DNA of 64,000 nucleotides from Candidatus Moraniibacteriota bacterium (GTDB lineage: Bacteria; Patescibacteriota; Minisyncoccia; Moranbacterales; GWC2-37-73). Within the stretch, counting starts at the first letter, position 1. Each line of letters begins with the position of its first letter. Below the pieces are notes generated by a model that made no database searches, was not told where the DNA came from, and saw only the letters and a program-made list of their open reading frames with translations. This document shows positions 10,527 to 20,184 of this stretch, one piece after another. The stretch covers positions 2,485-66,484 of the forward strand of contig DNVR01000009.1 of assembly GCA_003507445.1 (NCBI GenBank), given 5' to 3'. The position numbers were made by a program, and so were the translations under genes.

Positions 10527-11993
10527 CTAAATCTCCTTAATCCCCACCAATTGAATATGTTCTCCATCTGGAGTTCGGCCTAAAATCAAAACGACCTTGT
10601 CTCCAGTTTCAAGCACACCATTTTTCTTGGCATCGGAAATAAGCCAATCGATGTCCTCTCGAAAAACTTCTCCTCGTTCATAAAGTTTTGCATTGATTCC
10701 CCACACCAATGAAAGCTGATAATATGTTTTTTTATTATGAGTCACGACCAACATTGTTTGCTCTGGACGAAAATGCGAAAAAAGTCGAGCCGTAAAACCG
10801 CTAGCCGATCCAAGCACCACAGCTTTGGCGCTACTGCTCTTGGCTAGTTCGTATGCGCTCTTGATCACTTTTTTAAAATCTCCTTCACCGTTCAAAGCAA
10901 GCAAGTGTGTCACATCATCAAAAGGAGAGGCTTCGGTGTTTTCAATAATATCCTTCATTGTGCGAACACTCTCCACTGGATATTTTCCAGAAGCACTTTC
11001 CCCCGAAAGCATCACAGCATCAGCATGATCAACAACCGCATTGGTCACATCAGAAACTTCAGCTCGTGTTGGACGTGGATTTACAATCATAGAATCAAGC
11101 ATTTGTGTTGCGACAATAACGGGCTTCATTGCTTGCAAACTTTTCTTTACAATTTCTTTTTGCAAAATCGCAACTTTTGTTCCCTCAATTTCAATACCAA
11201 GATCTCCGCGCGCGACCATAATAGCGTCAGTATGTTCAATAATATCATCCAGATTTTTGATAGCTTCTTTGCGTTCAATCTTGGCGATAATTTGTGGAAG
11301 ATTATCCTCACGTCCAAGAATATTTTTCATTTTGTCTCGCAAAGTTTCAATGTTAGCACCAGTGGAAACAAATGACATCGCCACAAAATCAACATCTTGC
11401 GAAAGCACGAAAGCTAAATCTTTTTCATCCTTTTCTGTGATCGGACTGATTTGCAATTTTGCATCAGGAATATTGACACCTTTATGATTCTTCACTGTTC
11501 CGCCATCAATAACTTCGCAAAGCAAAACTCCTTCATTTTTTTCCTTAACAACAATTTTCATCAACCCATCCTCAATCAAAATTTCATTCCCCACTTCCAC
11601 ATCATCAATAATTTTTTCAACATCGAGTGAAAATTTTCTGTCATTTGAAATTTGATCATTTGAAATTGATTGGAAATTGGAAATTGGAAATTGGAAATTA
11701 GGCGCATAAAAAATATCACTGACCAACACAAATTCTCCTGGTTTCATTTCCACGTTTTCCACAACAACCGTCCTTATTCTCGGTCCTTGAAGATCAGCCA
11801 AAATTCCAACAGCTATGTCCAATTCTTGCGACAATTCTCGAATAATTTTAATCACATTTCCATGCCATTCATGTGAGCCATGAGAAAAATTAAGTCTGGC
11901 CACATTCATGCCATTTTCAATCATTTGTTTCAAAACTTCTTTACTATCAGAAACCAATCCGAGAGTTGCCACTATTTTTGTCTTCTTTGCCAT
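10527..11993 (-). CDS. pyk: Pyruvate kinase
   Basis: 488 aa; MAKKTKIVATLG..., ...MVARGDLGIEI..., ...VIVATQMLDSM; carries an in-frame low-complexity insert (NFQFPISNFQSISNDQISND) encoded by a GGAAATT-type heptamer array at 11669-11699. Confidence 0.9.
   Translation of the reverse strand: MAKKTKIVATLGLVSDSKEVLKQMIENGMNVARLNFSHGSHEWHGNVIKIIRELSQELDIAVGILADLQGPRIRTVVVENVEMKPGEFVLVSDIFYAPNFQFPISNFQSISNDQISNDRKFSLDVEKIIDDVEVGNEILIEDGLMKIVVKEKNEGVLLCEVIDGGTVKNHKGVNIPDAKLQISPITEKDEKDLAFVLSQDVDFVAMSFVSTGANIETLRDKMKNILGREDNLPQIIAKIERKEAIKNLDDIIEHTDAIMVARGDLGIEIEGTKVAILQKEIVKKSLQAMKPVIVATQMLDSMIVNPRPTRAEVSDVTNAVVDHADAVMLSGESASGKYPVESVRTMKDIIENTEASPFDDVTHLLALNGEGDFKKVIKSAYELAKSSSAKAVVLGSASGFTARLFSHFRPEQTMLVVTHNKKTYYQLSLVWGINAKLYERGEVFREDIDWLISDAKKNGVLETGDKVVLILGRTPDGEHIQLVGIKEI
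11669..11699. repeat. Tandem heptamer array (TTGGAAA x4) inside pyk CDS
   Basis: attggaaattggaaattggaaattggaaatta read directly from the sequence; in frame. Confidence 0.8.
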
Positions 11994-12094
11994 ATATTTA
12001 TTCTATTTTTTAACATTAATACCTTTATATATTCGCATAATAAACAAAAACGGGCAACCTCGAAAGGTCGCCCATTGTTAAAACCAAGTAAAAA

Positions 12095-12463
12095 CTATTT
12101 TATAATCTCATATCCACCAATCATAGGAAGTTTTTTCATTTCTCCCTTAACGGCGTTGATGATTCCCATAATTGCTAGCACAAAAACAGCAATTGTTCCA
12201 AGTGGCAAAATAATAAACCAACCCAAAACCGGTATTACTGTTCCAACCACATTAACAGCTATAGCAGCCAAAAGTAGCAACAATTGTTGATTTGCGTGAA
12301 ATTTAGCAAATGGGCTGTTTTTTGCTTCTGAAATAAGTGGAACAAAAAACAAGATTGGAATAACATATCCTACAATCGCCATCACTTTGTTCTTTTCAAC
12401 ATCGTCATTTTGAGGTGCTTTTGGAGCTTCCACACCTTCCTGCCCCGTTGTGTTTTCTTCCAT
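12095..12463 (-). CDS. DUF4870-like small membrane protein
   Basis: Acidic N-terminus then two TM helices (AIVGYVIPILFF...; LLLLLAAIAVNVVGTVIPVLGWFIILPLGTIAV); start chosen at MEENTTG. Confidence 0.5.
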   Translation of the reverse strand: MEENTTGQEGVEAPKAPQNDDVEKNKVMAIVGYVIPILFFVPLISEAKNSPFAKFHANQQLLLLLAAIAVNVVGTVIPVLGWFIILPLGTIAVFVLAIMGIINAVKGEMKKLPMIGGYEIIK

Positions 12464-12572
12464 ATTTTTTAGATTAAAATTAATTATACTACTTATAATG
12501 ATACAATATTCATCTACTTTTATTTTACCATATCTTAGTATTATTGACAATCCAGTCAATAAAACCCCTTGA

Positions 12573-13124
12573 TTATTGCAAGCCTATTTCCTCAAGCTCT
12601 CGCAAAATATCCTCCGGAATTGGATTATTCTTCGGACTTACACCAGGATAACGCCAAGCAGAAATGATGGTCAGCTTTTTAGTCCGCCAGCTGGCGGATT
12701 CCATTAGCTTCTTAGCTTTTTCACTTGTTTCAAATTTTTTAAATTGTTTTTGCAACTTAGCATCTTCTGAATCATTGCTTGTGCTTTTTGCTCTATGTTT
12801 TGCATTTTGTGATGTCGTTTGATAAAGCACCCAGATTTCCTGATTCCAACTCTCCTCTTTCTTTTTTTCCTCAGATATTTCCTCTTCACTATGCGCATTT
12901 GCAAAAACTGGTTTGCCCCATCTTGGTTTTGCAATTCCCTTTGTGATATTCCCAACAGGAATCATCACTGCGACTGTGTTTTCCACAATACTACTTTCAA
13001 TTCTTTTTGGATTTCGAATCACACCCAAAACTTTCTGTTCAGACAGACCATAATAATGCATCTTTTCCGTCACGTGCGCCGTCCAGAAATATTTATCACT
13101 GTTTTTTGGCTTCTTCCATTGCAT
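12573..13124 (-). CDS. Hypothetical protein (183 aa, charged/Lys-Glu rich)
   Basis: ORF only; contains the CCGCCAGCTGGCGG palindrome in frame. Confidence 0.45.
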   Translation of the reverse strand: MQWKKPKNSDKYFWTAHVTEKMHYYGLSEQKVLGVIRNPKRIESSIVENTVAVMIPVGNITKGIAKPRWGKPVFANAHSEEEISEEKKKEESWNQEIWVLYQTTSQNAKHRAKSTSNDSEDAKLQKQFKKFETSEKAKKLMESASWRTKKLTIISAWRYPGVSPKNNPIPEDILRELEEIGLQ

Positions 13125-13128
13125 ACAA

Positions 13129-14007
13129 TTATTTCATTCCTCTCAGCAATGCAATCCGCTCCTCAATTGGTGGGTGGGTGGAAAAAAGTTTGGAAACTTT
13201 GTTGCCTTTGAAGGGATTTGAGATGTATAGATGTGCGGTAGCGCGGTTGGCGGCTTCAAGGGGTTCTTGGTCGGAAGAAATCTTTTCAAGGGCGCTAGCA
13301 AGCCCTTCAGGATATCGCGTTAGAAGTGAAGCGCTGGCATCAGCCAAAAATTCTCGCTTTCGGGAAATTGCCATTTGCATCATTATTGCAGCAAGTGGAG
13401 CAAGCAATGAAAGCAAAATTCCCACGATCATCAAAACTGGATTTTTGTTATCACTGTCATCCCCACCGCCAAGAAATGACCAGTGCCTGAACCAATCCGC
13501 TATCAAAGCCACAAAACCAACCAAAACAACCACCACGGTGGAAAGCAAAATGTCGCGGTTTCCAATATGCGAAAGTTCGTGAGCAATCACACCTTCCAAT
13601 TCAATTTTTTCGAGTTTATCCAAGAGCCCAGTAGTCACACAAATCACGCCGTGAGCTGGATCGCGGCCTGTAGCAAAGGCATTTGGAGCACTGTCTTCAA
13701 TAATATAAATCTTGGGAGTTGGGAGTCCAGCAGTTATGCACAGGTTTTCCACAAGGTGGTATAACTCCATATTTCCCTCATGAGTGACCTCTTTTGCGCC
13801 GCTCATAGCCAAAACAATCTTATCGCTCCACCAATATGAGCCAAAACTCATAACTATCGAGAAAGCAACTGCAATATACAAAATCGTGCTATTCCCCATT
13901 GCTCCCGCAAAAACATACCCGACTCCAATCACAAAGGCTAAAAAGCCCGCGATATAAATCCAGGTTAAACGTGTATTTTTGTCAGCTTCAGTGTATAAAG
14001 TAGCCAT
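13129..14007 (-). CDS. htpX: HtpX-like M48 zinc metalloprotease
   Basis: HELSHIGNRD (HExxH) plus multiple TM helices. Confidence 0.85.
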   Translation of the reverse strand: MATLYTEADKNTRLTWIYIAGFLAFVIGVGYVFAGAMGNSTILYIAVAFSIVMSFGSYWWSDKIVLAMSGAKEVTHEGNMELYHLVENLCITAGLPTPKIYIIEDSAPNAFATGRDPAHGVICVTTGLLDKLEKIELEGVIAHELSHIGNRDILLSTVVVVLVGFVALIADWFRHWSFLGGGDDSDNKNPVLMIVGILLSLLAPLAAIMMQMAISRKREFLADASASLLTRYPEGLASALEKISSDQEPLEAANRATAHLYISNPFKGNKVSKLFSTHPPIEERIALLRGMK

Positions 14008-14057
14008 TTTTGATAAATTTACAAAAGTTACGCGTTTCGAAATACGTAAGTCCTAAT

Positions 14058-14738
14058 TTAAATAAATTTAAATTCTGAAATTACATTTTTGAAAATATTT
14101 TCAAATTCAGTTGATTTGTCAGTATAATAAGTAGCTTCTAGATAAAAAACCTTTCCCTCTTCTTCATTTTTCCAAAAAATAACATCCCGTATAAGTCCTT
14201 CGGCTGTTTTGACTTTTCCAGTTCTCACTCCCATACGTCCGTTTATCATTTCTTCTTTCCAATTAGGATCCCATTTGATGCTCTTTTTTCCCGCAGCAGC
14301 TTCGCAGTTTTCATTTTCTCCAAGAGAAATGCTGCCAACCTCAATAGCGGATGCCAACGAGCTATTTCTAGACCTGATATCCGTATATTTCTTTACAAGA
14401 AAAAAACTATTCGCATTGTTTTGAACTTCCCAATCATTAGGATGCTTAATTTCAAAGCCGTTTGTTTCATCGGTATTAATTATCCAATCCTTAATTCCTC
14501 TGGAAGAATCGCTATACAAATTTCCTTTAAGTCCATCCACTGCAAGAACCAAGCTTTTCGTGATATGCACACCAGCAACATTTGAGGACGGCATCGCATC
14601 CACAAAAAGATATATTGCATAGCCTATTCCCATTACGATGAAAAAAACTAGACTGATAAGGGTCAGCAAACAAATATAATGTGACTTGTTGTGATCATCA
14701 TATTTTTTATGAGCGTCGTGATGCCTATATTTGAACAT
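14058..14738 (-). CDS. Hypothetical membrane-anchored protein
   Basis: 226 aa; N-terminal TM (ICLLTLISLVFFIVMGIGYAIYLF). Confidence 0.5.
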   Translation of the reverse strand: MFKYRHHDAHKKYDDHNKSHYICLLTLISLVFFIVMGIGYAIYLFVDAMPSSNVAGVHITKSLVLAVDGLKGNLYSDSSRGIKDWIINTDETNGFEIKHPNDWEVQNNANSFFLVKKYTDIRSRNSSLASAIEVGSISLGENENCEAAAGKKSIKWDPNWKEEMINGRMGVRTGKVKTAEGLIRDVIFWKNEEEGKVFYLEATYYTDKSTEFENIFKNVISEFKFI

Positions 14739-14753
14739 TGTGATTCGATTCGA

Positions 14754-15305
14754 TTAAAATTGGACTTTGACATTTTCTTTTTCTGCCTCATCAGCCGCAA
14801 AGAATTCTCTTTTGGTAAAATTTAACATTCCAGCAACGATGTTACTTGGAAAAGTTTCAATCTTAATGTTGAAATCTCGGACATTACCATTGTAAAATCT
14901 TCGTGAAGCTTGAATTTTGTCTTCAGTGTCAGTCAATTCTCTTTGAAGTTCAAGAAAGTTTTGATTTGCTTTCAAATCTGGATAGTTTTCAGAAACTGCA
15001 AACAATGATTTCAATGTTCCGGAAAGCATATTTTCTGCATCTTGTTTTTCTGCAGGGCTTCCGGCACTCATTGCAGCTGTTCGGGCTGCTGTTACTCTTT
15101 CAAACAATTCTTTTTCGTGAGTGGCATAGCCCTTCACCGTGTTAATCAAATTCGGAATCAAATCATATCTTCGCTTGAGTTGCACATCAATATCACTCCA
15201 AGCCTCATCAACTCTGTTTTTCAAAGTTACCAAGCTGTTGTAAATGCCAATTCCAAAAACAAGAAACAATCCCAGAACAACCAACGCGATTAATAAAATA
15301 CTCAT
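14754..15305 (-). CDS. lemA: LemA family protein
   Basis: N-terminal TM then LemA-like region (YNSLVTLKNRVDEAWSDIDVQLKRRYDLIPNLINTVKGYA...FYNGNVRDFN). Confidence 0.85.
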   Translation of the reverse strand: MSILLIALVVLGLFLVFGIGIYNSLVTLKNRVDEAWSDIDVQLKRRYDLIPNLINTVKGYATHEKELFERVTAARTAAMSAGSPAEKQDAENMLSGTLKSLFAVSENYPDLKANQNFLELQRELTDTEDKIQASRRFYNGNVRDFNIKIETFPSNIVAGMLNFTKREFFAADEAEKENVKVQF

Positions 15306-15481
15306 AAAAAAATTTAACCGACTGTTTGCCGTAAAGATTACTGCAAAAGCGATTTTTTTAATTAGACTTTGTAATATAATTATACATCAATTTTACGAAT
15401 TTCCCAATTTAGCAACTTTAACTTGAATAATGTGCTATAATTAAGCAAGATTAATATAATCAACAGTTACGCGTTTCGAAA

Positions 15482-15657
15482 CATTTCTTTTTTGGCCAAT
15501 AGCCTGCCTGCCGGTAGACAGGTTGGCGACAGCAACTCTTTGAGCTTTTGGATACTCGCCCCGTCAAATTGTTCACAGTAGTGAACACCAGCTTTGCTGG
15601 ATTTGACGGGGTAAATATTCATCCAAAAGTGTGCCCAATAAGAAATTGTTGAGAAAA
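15482..15657. repeat. ~175-bp structured insert splitting a conserved intergenic motif; contains a long imperfect hairpin (CCCCGTCAAAT...ATTTGACGGGG with nested GTTCAC..GTGAAC)
   Basis: Motif GTTACGCGTTTCGAAA-TACGTAAGTCCTAAT is contiguous at 14025-14055 but split here (15466-15481 and 15658-15672). Confidence 0.45.
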
Positions 15658-15686
15658 TGCGTAAGTCCTAATAATACACAAGTCCT

Positions 15687-16127
15687 ATGGAATTTATTAC
15701 GTCTTATGCAGTGTTTCTCATTCCAATTACAGTTGGAATTATCGTGCAAGCCATCAAGTTTGTGCTTTACAGTTTAAAACATGGTTGGGACATTCGCTAC
15801 GTCCTCACTCACGGTCATATGCCAAGCGCGCACACAGCTTTTGCTTTTTCGTTGGTTACATCCATTGGCTTTTATGAAGGAGTTCACACTGGGACATTTG
15901 CCGTTGCCATTGCGCTTGCTTTTCTTATTATCGATGATGCAACTCGTCTTCGAATGACTTTGGGCGACCAAGGAAAATATCTCAATATGCTCATTGGTCA
16001 ACTTAATATAAATGAAGAGAAATATCCTAGACTCAAAGAACGTATGGGTCACAAAGTAAGCGAAGTTATTGTCGGCGCCATGGTGGGCTTAATCCTCACT
16101 GCGCTGTTTATAAAGCTTTTTTCTTAA
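15687..16127 (+). CDS. Divergent PAP2 / DUF212 family membrane protein
   Basis: HGHMPSAHTAFAFSL...DDATRLR motifs; 4 TM helices. Confidence 0.7.
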   Translation: MEFITSYAVFLIPITVGIIVQAIKFVLYSLKHGWDIRYVLTHGHMPSAHTAFAFSLVTSIGFYEGVHTGTFAVAIALAFLIIDDATRLRMTLGDQGKYLNMLIGQLNINEEKYPRLKERMGHKVSEVIVGAMVGLILTALFIKLFS

Positions 16128-16152
16128 TGTCTTAGAAAATTATTTTGCACAC

Positions 16153-16186
16153 AAAAAAAGAGACCCTCGAGTCTCTTTTTTCTTTT
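16153..16186. terminator. Bidirectional rho-independent terminator (AGAGAC-cctcga-GTCTCT, flanked by A- and T-runs)
   Basis: aaaaaaagAGAGACcctcgaGTCTCTtttttctttt between convergent genes. Confidence 0.6.
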
Positions 16187-16225
16187 GCATTTCACTGAGA
16201 AGCTAAAAAGCTAACGCCTGAAAAG

Positions 16226-17563
16226 CTATCTACGAAGTTCTTCTTCGATAACTTTTCTGTCATTCCAAGGAATCTTTTTGTCGCCCACTACCATCGTTTC
16301 AAAATTACCCATACCTGTAATGCAAATAATATCCACAGCTTGAGCAATCTCAAGAGCTTTTTTTATCGCTTCCCGCCTGTCTATAATTTTCCAAAAATTT
16401 TGCCCTTCTGTTTTATTTTTAATCCCAACAGCAATTTCTTCAATAATTTGCTCGGGTTTTTCGTGATATGGCTCATCATTTGTAAGAATGACAACATCGG
16501 CATATTTCGAAACAACTTCGCCCATAATAGGTCGTTTTCCCCTGTCTCTGTCTCCGCAAGATCCAAAAATCGCGATGATTTTGGAATTAGGATTTTTAGC
16601 TTGAAAAAGCGTGCTATAAAGCCTTTCTAAGGCATTTGGCGTTAAAGCAAAATCAACCAAAATATGCAGTCCTAGATCGTTTTCTACGGCCTCCATTCTC
16701 CCCGCCACGCCCTTTATTTTTGCCAGCGCCTCTTTGATCGTTTCCAGCTCAATCTCTTCACTAAGGCCCACGCACGTTGCAGCAAGGGCGTTTTCCACAT
16801 TAAACATTCCGGGAATGTTTAATGTGAATTTCGAATTTCGAATTTCGAATTTCGAAAAATTGATTCCCAGCTCAATATTTTCTGCTTGAATAATTTCAAT
16901 ATCTTTTTTGTCATTCCCGCGGAGGCGGGAATCCAGGTCCGCATTTTTTTCTAAATTTGTTGTATACGCAAATTTTTTATCAACATTAAAATCCAAAAAC
17001 TCTTCTGGTTTTTCCATATCAGCATTAACAATAATAGTGCCATTGTTTTTTGCACTAATTTCAAAAAGCTTTTTCTTGGCAGCTCGATATTTTTCCATTG
17101 TCTTGTGATAATCCAAATGTTCGCGCGTGATGTTTGTGATAACTGCAGTCTTATACTCAACGCCCCACACGCGATATTGATCCAATGAATGAGACGACGT
17201 TTCCAACACCAAATATTCGCAACCTTCTTTGACTGCTTTTTTAATAAACTTTTGAATAGCAAATGAAGATTCGGTTGTGAAATGAGAAAGATTTTTTTCC
17301 TCAACTCCATTAATTTTGAAATTAATCGTTGAAGCCATCGCAACTTTTCGTGCCCCGTGGCCTCCTGGCTCTACGGGGTTCCCAGCCTCTTCCAAAATTT
17401 TTGTGATCATCTGCACAGTTGTTGTTTTTCCATCTGTTCCCGTCACACCAATCACTTTTATTTTTTTGCTAGGAAAACCAAACCAAACATTAGCCACAAT
17501 TGCTTGAGCCAAATGGTAAAGGTTTTTGATAGATTGAGGTATTAGTTGTTTTAATTTGTGCAT
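16226..17563 (-). CDS. murE: Mur ligase family, MurE-like (UDP-MurNAc-tripeptide synthetase)
   Basis: VIGVTGTDGKTTT P-loop, DVVILTNDEPY C-terminal motif; contains two in-frame repeat insertions (GAATTTC x4 at 16826-16853; hairpin element copy at 16911-16940). Confidence 0.8.
   Translation of the reverse strand: MHKLKQLIPQSIKNLYHLAQAIVANVWFGFPSKKIKVIGVTGTDGKTTTVQMITKILEEAGNPVEPGGHGARKVAMASTINFKINGVEEKNLSHFTTESSFAIQKFIKKAVKEGCEYLVLETSSHSLDQYRVWGVEYKTAVITNITREHLDYHKTMEKYRAAKKKLFEISAKNNGTIIVNADMEKPEEFLDFNVDKKFAYTTNLEKNADLDSRLRGNDKKDIEIIQAENIELGINFSKFEIRNSKFTLNIPGMFNVENALAATCVGLSEEIELETIKEALAKIKGVAGRMEAVENDLGLHILVDFALTPNALERLYSTLFQAKNPNSKIIAIFGSCGDRDRGKRPIMGEVVSKYADVVILTNDEPYHEKPEQIIEEIAVGIKNKTEGQNFWKIIDRREAIKKALEIAQAVDIICITGMGNFETMVVGDKKIPWNDRKVIEEELRR
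16826..16853. repeat. Tandem heptamer array (GAATTTC x4) inside murE CDS
   Basis: gaatttcgaatttcgaatttcgaatttcgaaa encodes SKFEIRNSKF in frame. Confidence 0.8.
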
Positions 17564-17583
17564 AAATTTTTTAATATTACCTT

Positions 17584-17707
17584 GTCATTCCCGCGGAGGC
17601 AGGAATCCAGGTTATCGCAATACGATCATAAATATTATTATAAAATTGTTATTATACCAGGCATTATGCGTTAAATCCTGGATTCCGGATCAAGTCCGGA
17701 ATGACAC
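17584..17707. mobile_element. MITE-like element with terminal inverted repeats TGTCATTCC...GGAATCCAGG / CCTGGATTCC...GGAATGACA
   Basis: 124 bp between murE and femAB-like gene; a solo copy of the left arm (tgtcattcccgcggaggcgggaatccagg) occurs inside murE at 16911-16940. Confidence 0.5.
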
Positions 17708-17715
17708 AAAAAATA

Positions 17716-18708
17716 CTATCTCCTAAATCTTACTGCAAATGCTTTAGCTCTCTGCAACCCTCTATACACTGCATATTTCCTAGGGTTAATAATGATATCA
17801 TAACTTCCAGGAAACTCAATGGGTTTGGTATTCGGCGAAAAACCCAATTTGAAATTAGTAATCCCCTCCCAGTTGTTTGTTGTTTGTCGTGAGTTGTTTG
17901 TTATTCTTACTCCCCCGAAATCATAACGTGTGCACCCACTTTCTTTTGCATCCAAAATTGCTTGCCATTGCAATAAAAACGGTGCCATCACATTTCTATT
18001 TTCATTTGATGATGCCCCGTGCAAATATGTCGCAGTGTTTTCAAAAAACAAAACCAGATTTGCTGCAATTATTTTCCCTTCAAACTCAGCCACATAAATC
18101 TTGAGCATTTCCTCTGGCAAAGTCTCAATCATTTTTCGATAATACTGCTCCGGATGAGCCACAATCCCCTGCCTCGCCGCCATTTCTTTTGTTAATTCCA
18201 AAAAAGCCTCAATGTATTTCACGTTTTGCGCTCCACGATCCACGTTTTGCGAAATAATAACTCCTTTTTTCTTAGCTAAATTGATATTATACCGAGTTTT
18301 ACTTTTCATTTCCGCTAACAATTGCTCTTCGGTTTTTGAAGTATCCAACACAAAAATTTCTTTCGGCTGCATATTGTGCGGAGCTTTGAAAACTTTTTCT
18401 GAAATATTTTCTTTTATTGTTTCTAAAATCTGATCACTTTCCGGTTCAATCCGAATCCACCCCGCATTTTCTCTCTTCGCCAAGTCAATCAGCTCAGCAA
18501 AAAAACTTTCGACTTTCGACTTTCGACTTTCGACTTTTAAAACAGGCCCTTTCGGACTGTACATATATTTCCCAACTATCGGCAGACTATGTTCCACAAT
18601 GCTCGCTGAAAAGTCGTCATTTTCAACAAAATGCGTCTTTCTGCCCACAGCCTCCTGAAACTTTCGCCACTGCTGCGATTGTAGAATTTCTTTATTTTCC
18701 ATATTCAA
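17716..18708 (-). CDS. FemAB/FemX family peptidoglycan peptide-bridge aminoacyltransferase
   Basis: 330 aa with FemAB-like architecture; contains in-frame CTTTCGA x4 heptamer array (18506-18535, encodes SKVESRKSKVES). Confidence 0.75.
   Translation of the reverse strand: MNMENKEILQSQQWRKFQEAVGRKTHFVENDDFSASIVEHSLPIVGKYMYSPKGPVLKVESRKSKVESFFAELIDLAKRENAGWIRIEPESDQILETIKENISEKVFKAPHNMQPKEIFVLDTSKTEEQLLAEMKSKTRYNINLAKKKGVIISQNVDRGAQNVKYIEAFLELTKEMAARQGIVAHPEQYYRKMIETLPEEMLKIYVAEFEGKIIAANLVLFFENTATYLHGASSNENRNVMAPFLLQWQAILDAKESGCTRYDFGGVRITNNSRQTTNNWEGITNFKLGFSPNTKPIEFPGSYDIIINPRKYAVYRGLQRAKAFAVRFRR
18506..18535. repeat. Tandem heptamer array (CTTTCGA x4) inside femAB-like CDS
   Basis: ctttcgactttcgactttcgactttcgactttt. 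Confidence 0.8.
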
Positions 18709-18727
18709 AGTATATCAGGAAAACAAA

Positions 18728-18762
18728 TAACAAAAAAGAGTCCCGAATAAATCGGGACTCTT
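18728..18762 (-). terminator. Rho-independent terminator (AGAGTCCCGA-taaa-TCGGGACTCT + T-run on minus strand)
   Basis: Hairpin 46 bp downstream of the 18806-19402 gene stop. Confidence 0.55.
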
Positions 18763-18805
18763 AAATTAATTAAAAAAGAAAGATATCACATCTGTAATCC
18801 CAATC

Positions 18806-19402
18806 CTACCAAGGAGTTCCCTGTCCAGACCAACTGGTCCCACCATTAGTAGTGGCTTTACAAGCAGTTGCGCCCGTCTCATTATCCGTTCTACAACAAC
18901 TAAAATCACCAGCTGCACCAGTATAAAAACATGAAAGCGCATATCCACCACCTGCTGTTGCTGCCACTGCCACATTCACAGCTCTCACAGTGTTTTTATA
19001 TGTTCCAACAGATTTAATGTTGGCAATTTCATTTTTATTAGCACCGCAAGCAAGTTGCGTTCCAGCGGCATTAAAAAAAGTGAGCTCATATGAAGAATCA
19101 GCTGGTCCAGCATTAGTATTAATAACTTTATCAGAAGAACAACCAGTTCCAAATCCCGTAAAAACTTCCGTGATTGTTCCAACTTCCCCATCCATTTTTT
19201 TCAAAGCCAATTGCACTCCGCTGTCCGCTGTTTGGAGTGATTGCATTGAAAATTCAGTGCCGCTTGCACCTTTTTTTTCAACAATAGCCACAACAGAAAG
19301 TGTTCCAGCAATTGCAATCATCACAGAAATCACAACCAAGGAATACGCCAGGATTGAACCCTGCCTCTTCGGCAGGCAAGCCTGTTTTTTTTCTTTGTTC
19401 AT
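18806..19402 (-). CDS. Secreted/anchored Gly-Thr-Ala-rich protein; possibly pilin-like, but lacks canonical prepilin G/FTLIE motif
   Basis: N-terminal hydrophobic segment ILAYSLVVISVMIAIAGTLSVVAIV; Cys pairs; a GC hairpin (CCTGCC-tcttc-GGCAGG + T8) overlaps the annotated 5' end, so the true start may be downstream. Confidence 0.35.
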   Translation of the reverse strand: MNKEKKQACLPKRQGSILAYSLVVISVMIAIAGTLSVVAIVEKKGASGTEFSMQSLQTADSGVQLALKKMDGEVGTITEVFTGFGTGCSSDKVINTNAGPADSSYELTFFNAAGTQLACGANKNEIANIKSVGTYKNTVRAVNVAVAATAGGGYALSCFYTGAAGDFSCCRTDNETGATACKATTNGGTSWSGQGTPW

Positions 19403-19493
19403 TTTTTTATTTACCCCGTGAAATTATTTTGTACTCAAAATACTATTCCACTGGGGTTATTTTATTTTTACTTGTTTTTATTATACCACACTT

Positions 19494-20066
19494 TTATTTT
19501 TTCCCAAGACTTTTAAGCGCAAGCTTCACTCTTTCGCCGACATCTTCAATATTGTTTGGAATCATTTTCAAGGCTTCGCGAGATTCTGAGACAGAATATC
19601 CCATTGCGACCAAGGCTTCGAAAGCGTCGCTGTCACTTTCAAGTTGAGCTTTTTCGCCGCTTGGCATATCAGTAATTTTGTTTTTCAGTTCCAAAATAAC
19701 ACGCTGCGCAATTTTCTTTCCAACGCCAGAAACTCTGGTCAAAATTGAAGGATCTTCATTAAGTACAGCCATTGAAATTGTTTTCGGATCTGCAATTGCC
19801 AAAATACCCATTGCAGCTTTTGGTCCGATTCCTGAAATAGAAATTAAAAGTTCAAACATTTCAAGTTCCGCAATTTCCAAAAAACCATAGAGTGCCAACG
19901 TGTCTTCTCGCACATAAGTATGAGTATAAAGTTCTATGTCAGATTTTCCAGCTACCATTCCAAAAGTATGCACGGTCACAAAAACTTTGTACCCAACACC
20001 ACTAACATCAACAATGACATAATTGTCGTGCATCAAATCAATTTTACCTCGAAGCTTTGCTATCAT
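19494..20066 (-). CDS. ruvA: Holliday junction helicase subunit RuvA
   Basis: MIAKLRGKI...VDVSGVGYKV; HhH region GIGPKAAMGIL. Confidence 0.9.
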   Translation of the reverse strand: MIAKLRGKIDLMHDNYVIVDVSGVGYKVFVTVHTFGMVAGKSDIELYTHTYVREDTLALYGFLEIAELEMFELLISISGIGPKAAMGILAIADPKTISMAVLNEDPSILTRVSGVGKKIAQRVILELKNKITDMPSGEKAQLESDSDAFEALVAMGYSVSESREALKMIPNNIEDVGERVKLALKSLGKK

Positions 20067-20082
20067 CTCTTTATTGCAGAAA

Positions 20083-20169
20083 TGTCATTCTGAATTCATT
20101 TCAGAATCTACTTTCTTTATTTCAGATTACTTACTGTGATCGAGATCCTGAAACAAGTTCAGGATGACA
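20083..20169. repeat. Hairpin-pair element TGTCATTCTGAA...TTCAGGATGACA (same family as 17584-17707)
   Basis: Two sub-hairpins (ATTCTGAAttcatTTCAGAAT; ATCCTGAAacaagTTCAGGAT) between ruvA start and PBP1A stop. Confidence 0.5.
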
Positions 20170-20184
20170 AATTTGTGAGTTTAA

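Noticed and set aside
19355-19388. Hairpin CCTGCC-tcttc-GGCAGG + T8 as a transcription terminator
   Set aside because: Lies inside the annotated 5' end of the 18806-19402 ORF with no upstream plus-strand gene to terminate; more likely a repeat/structural element or indicates a later start codon.
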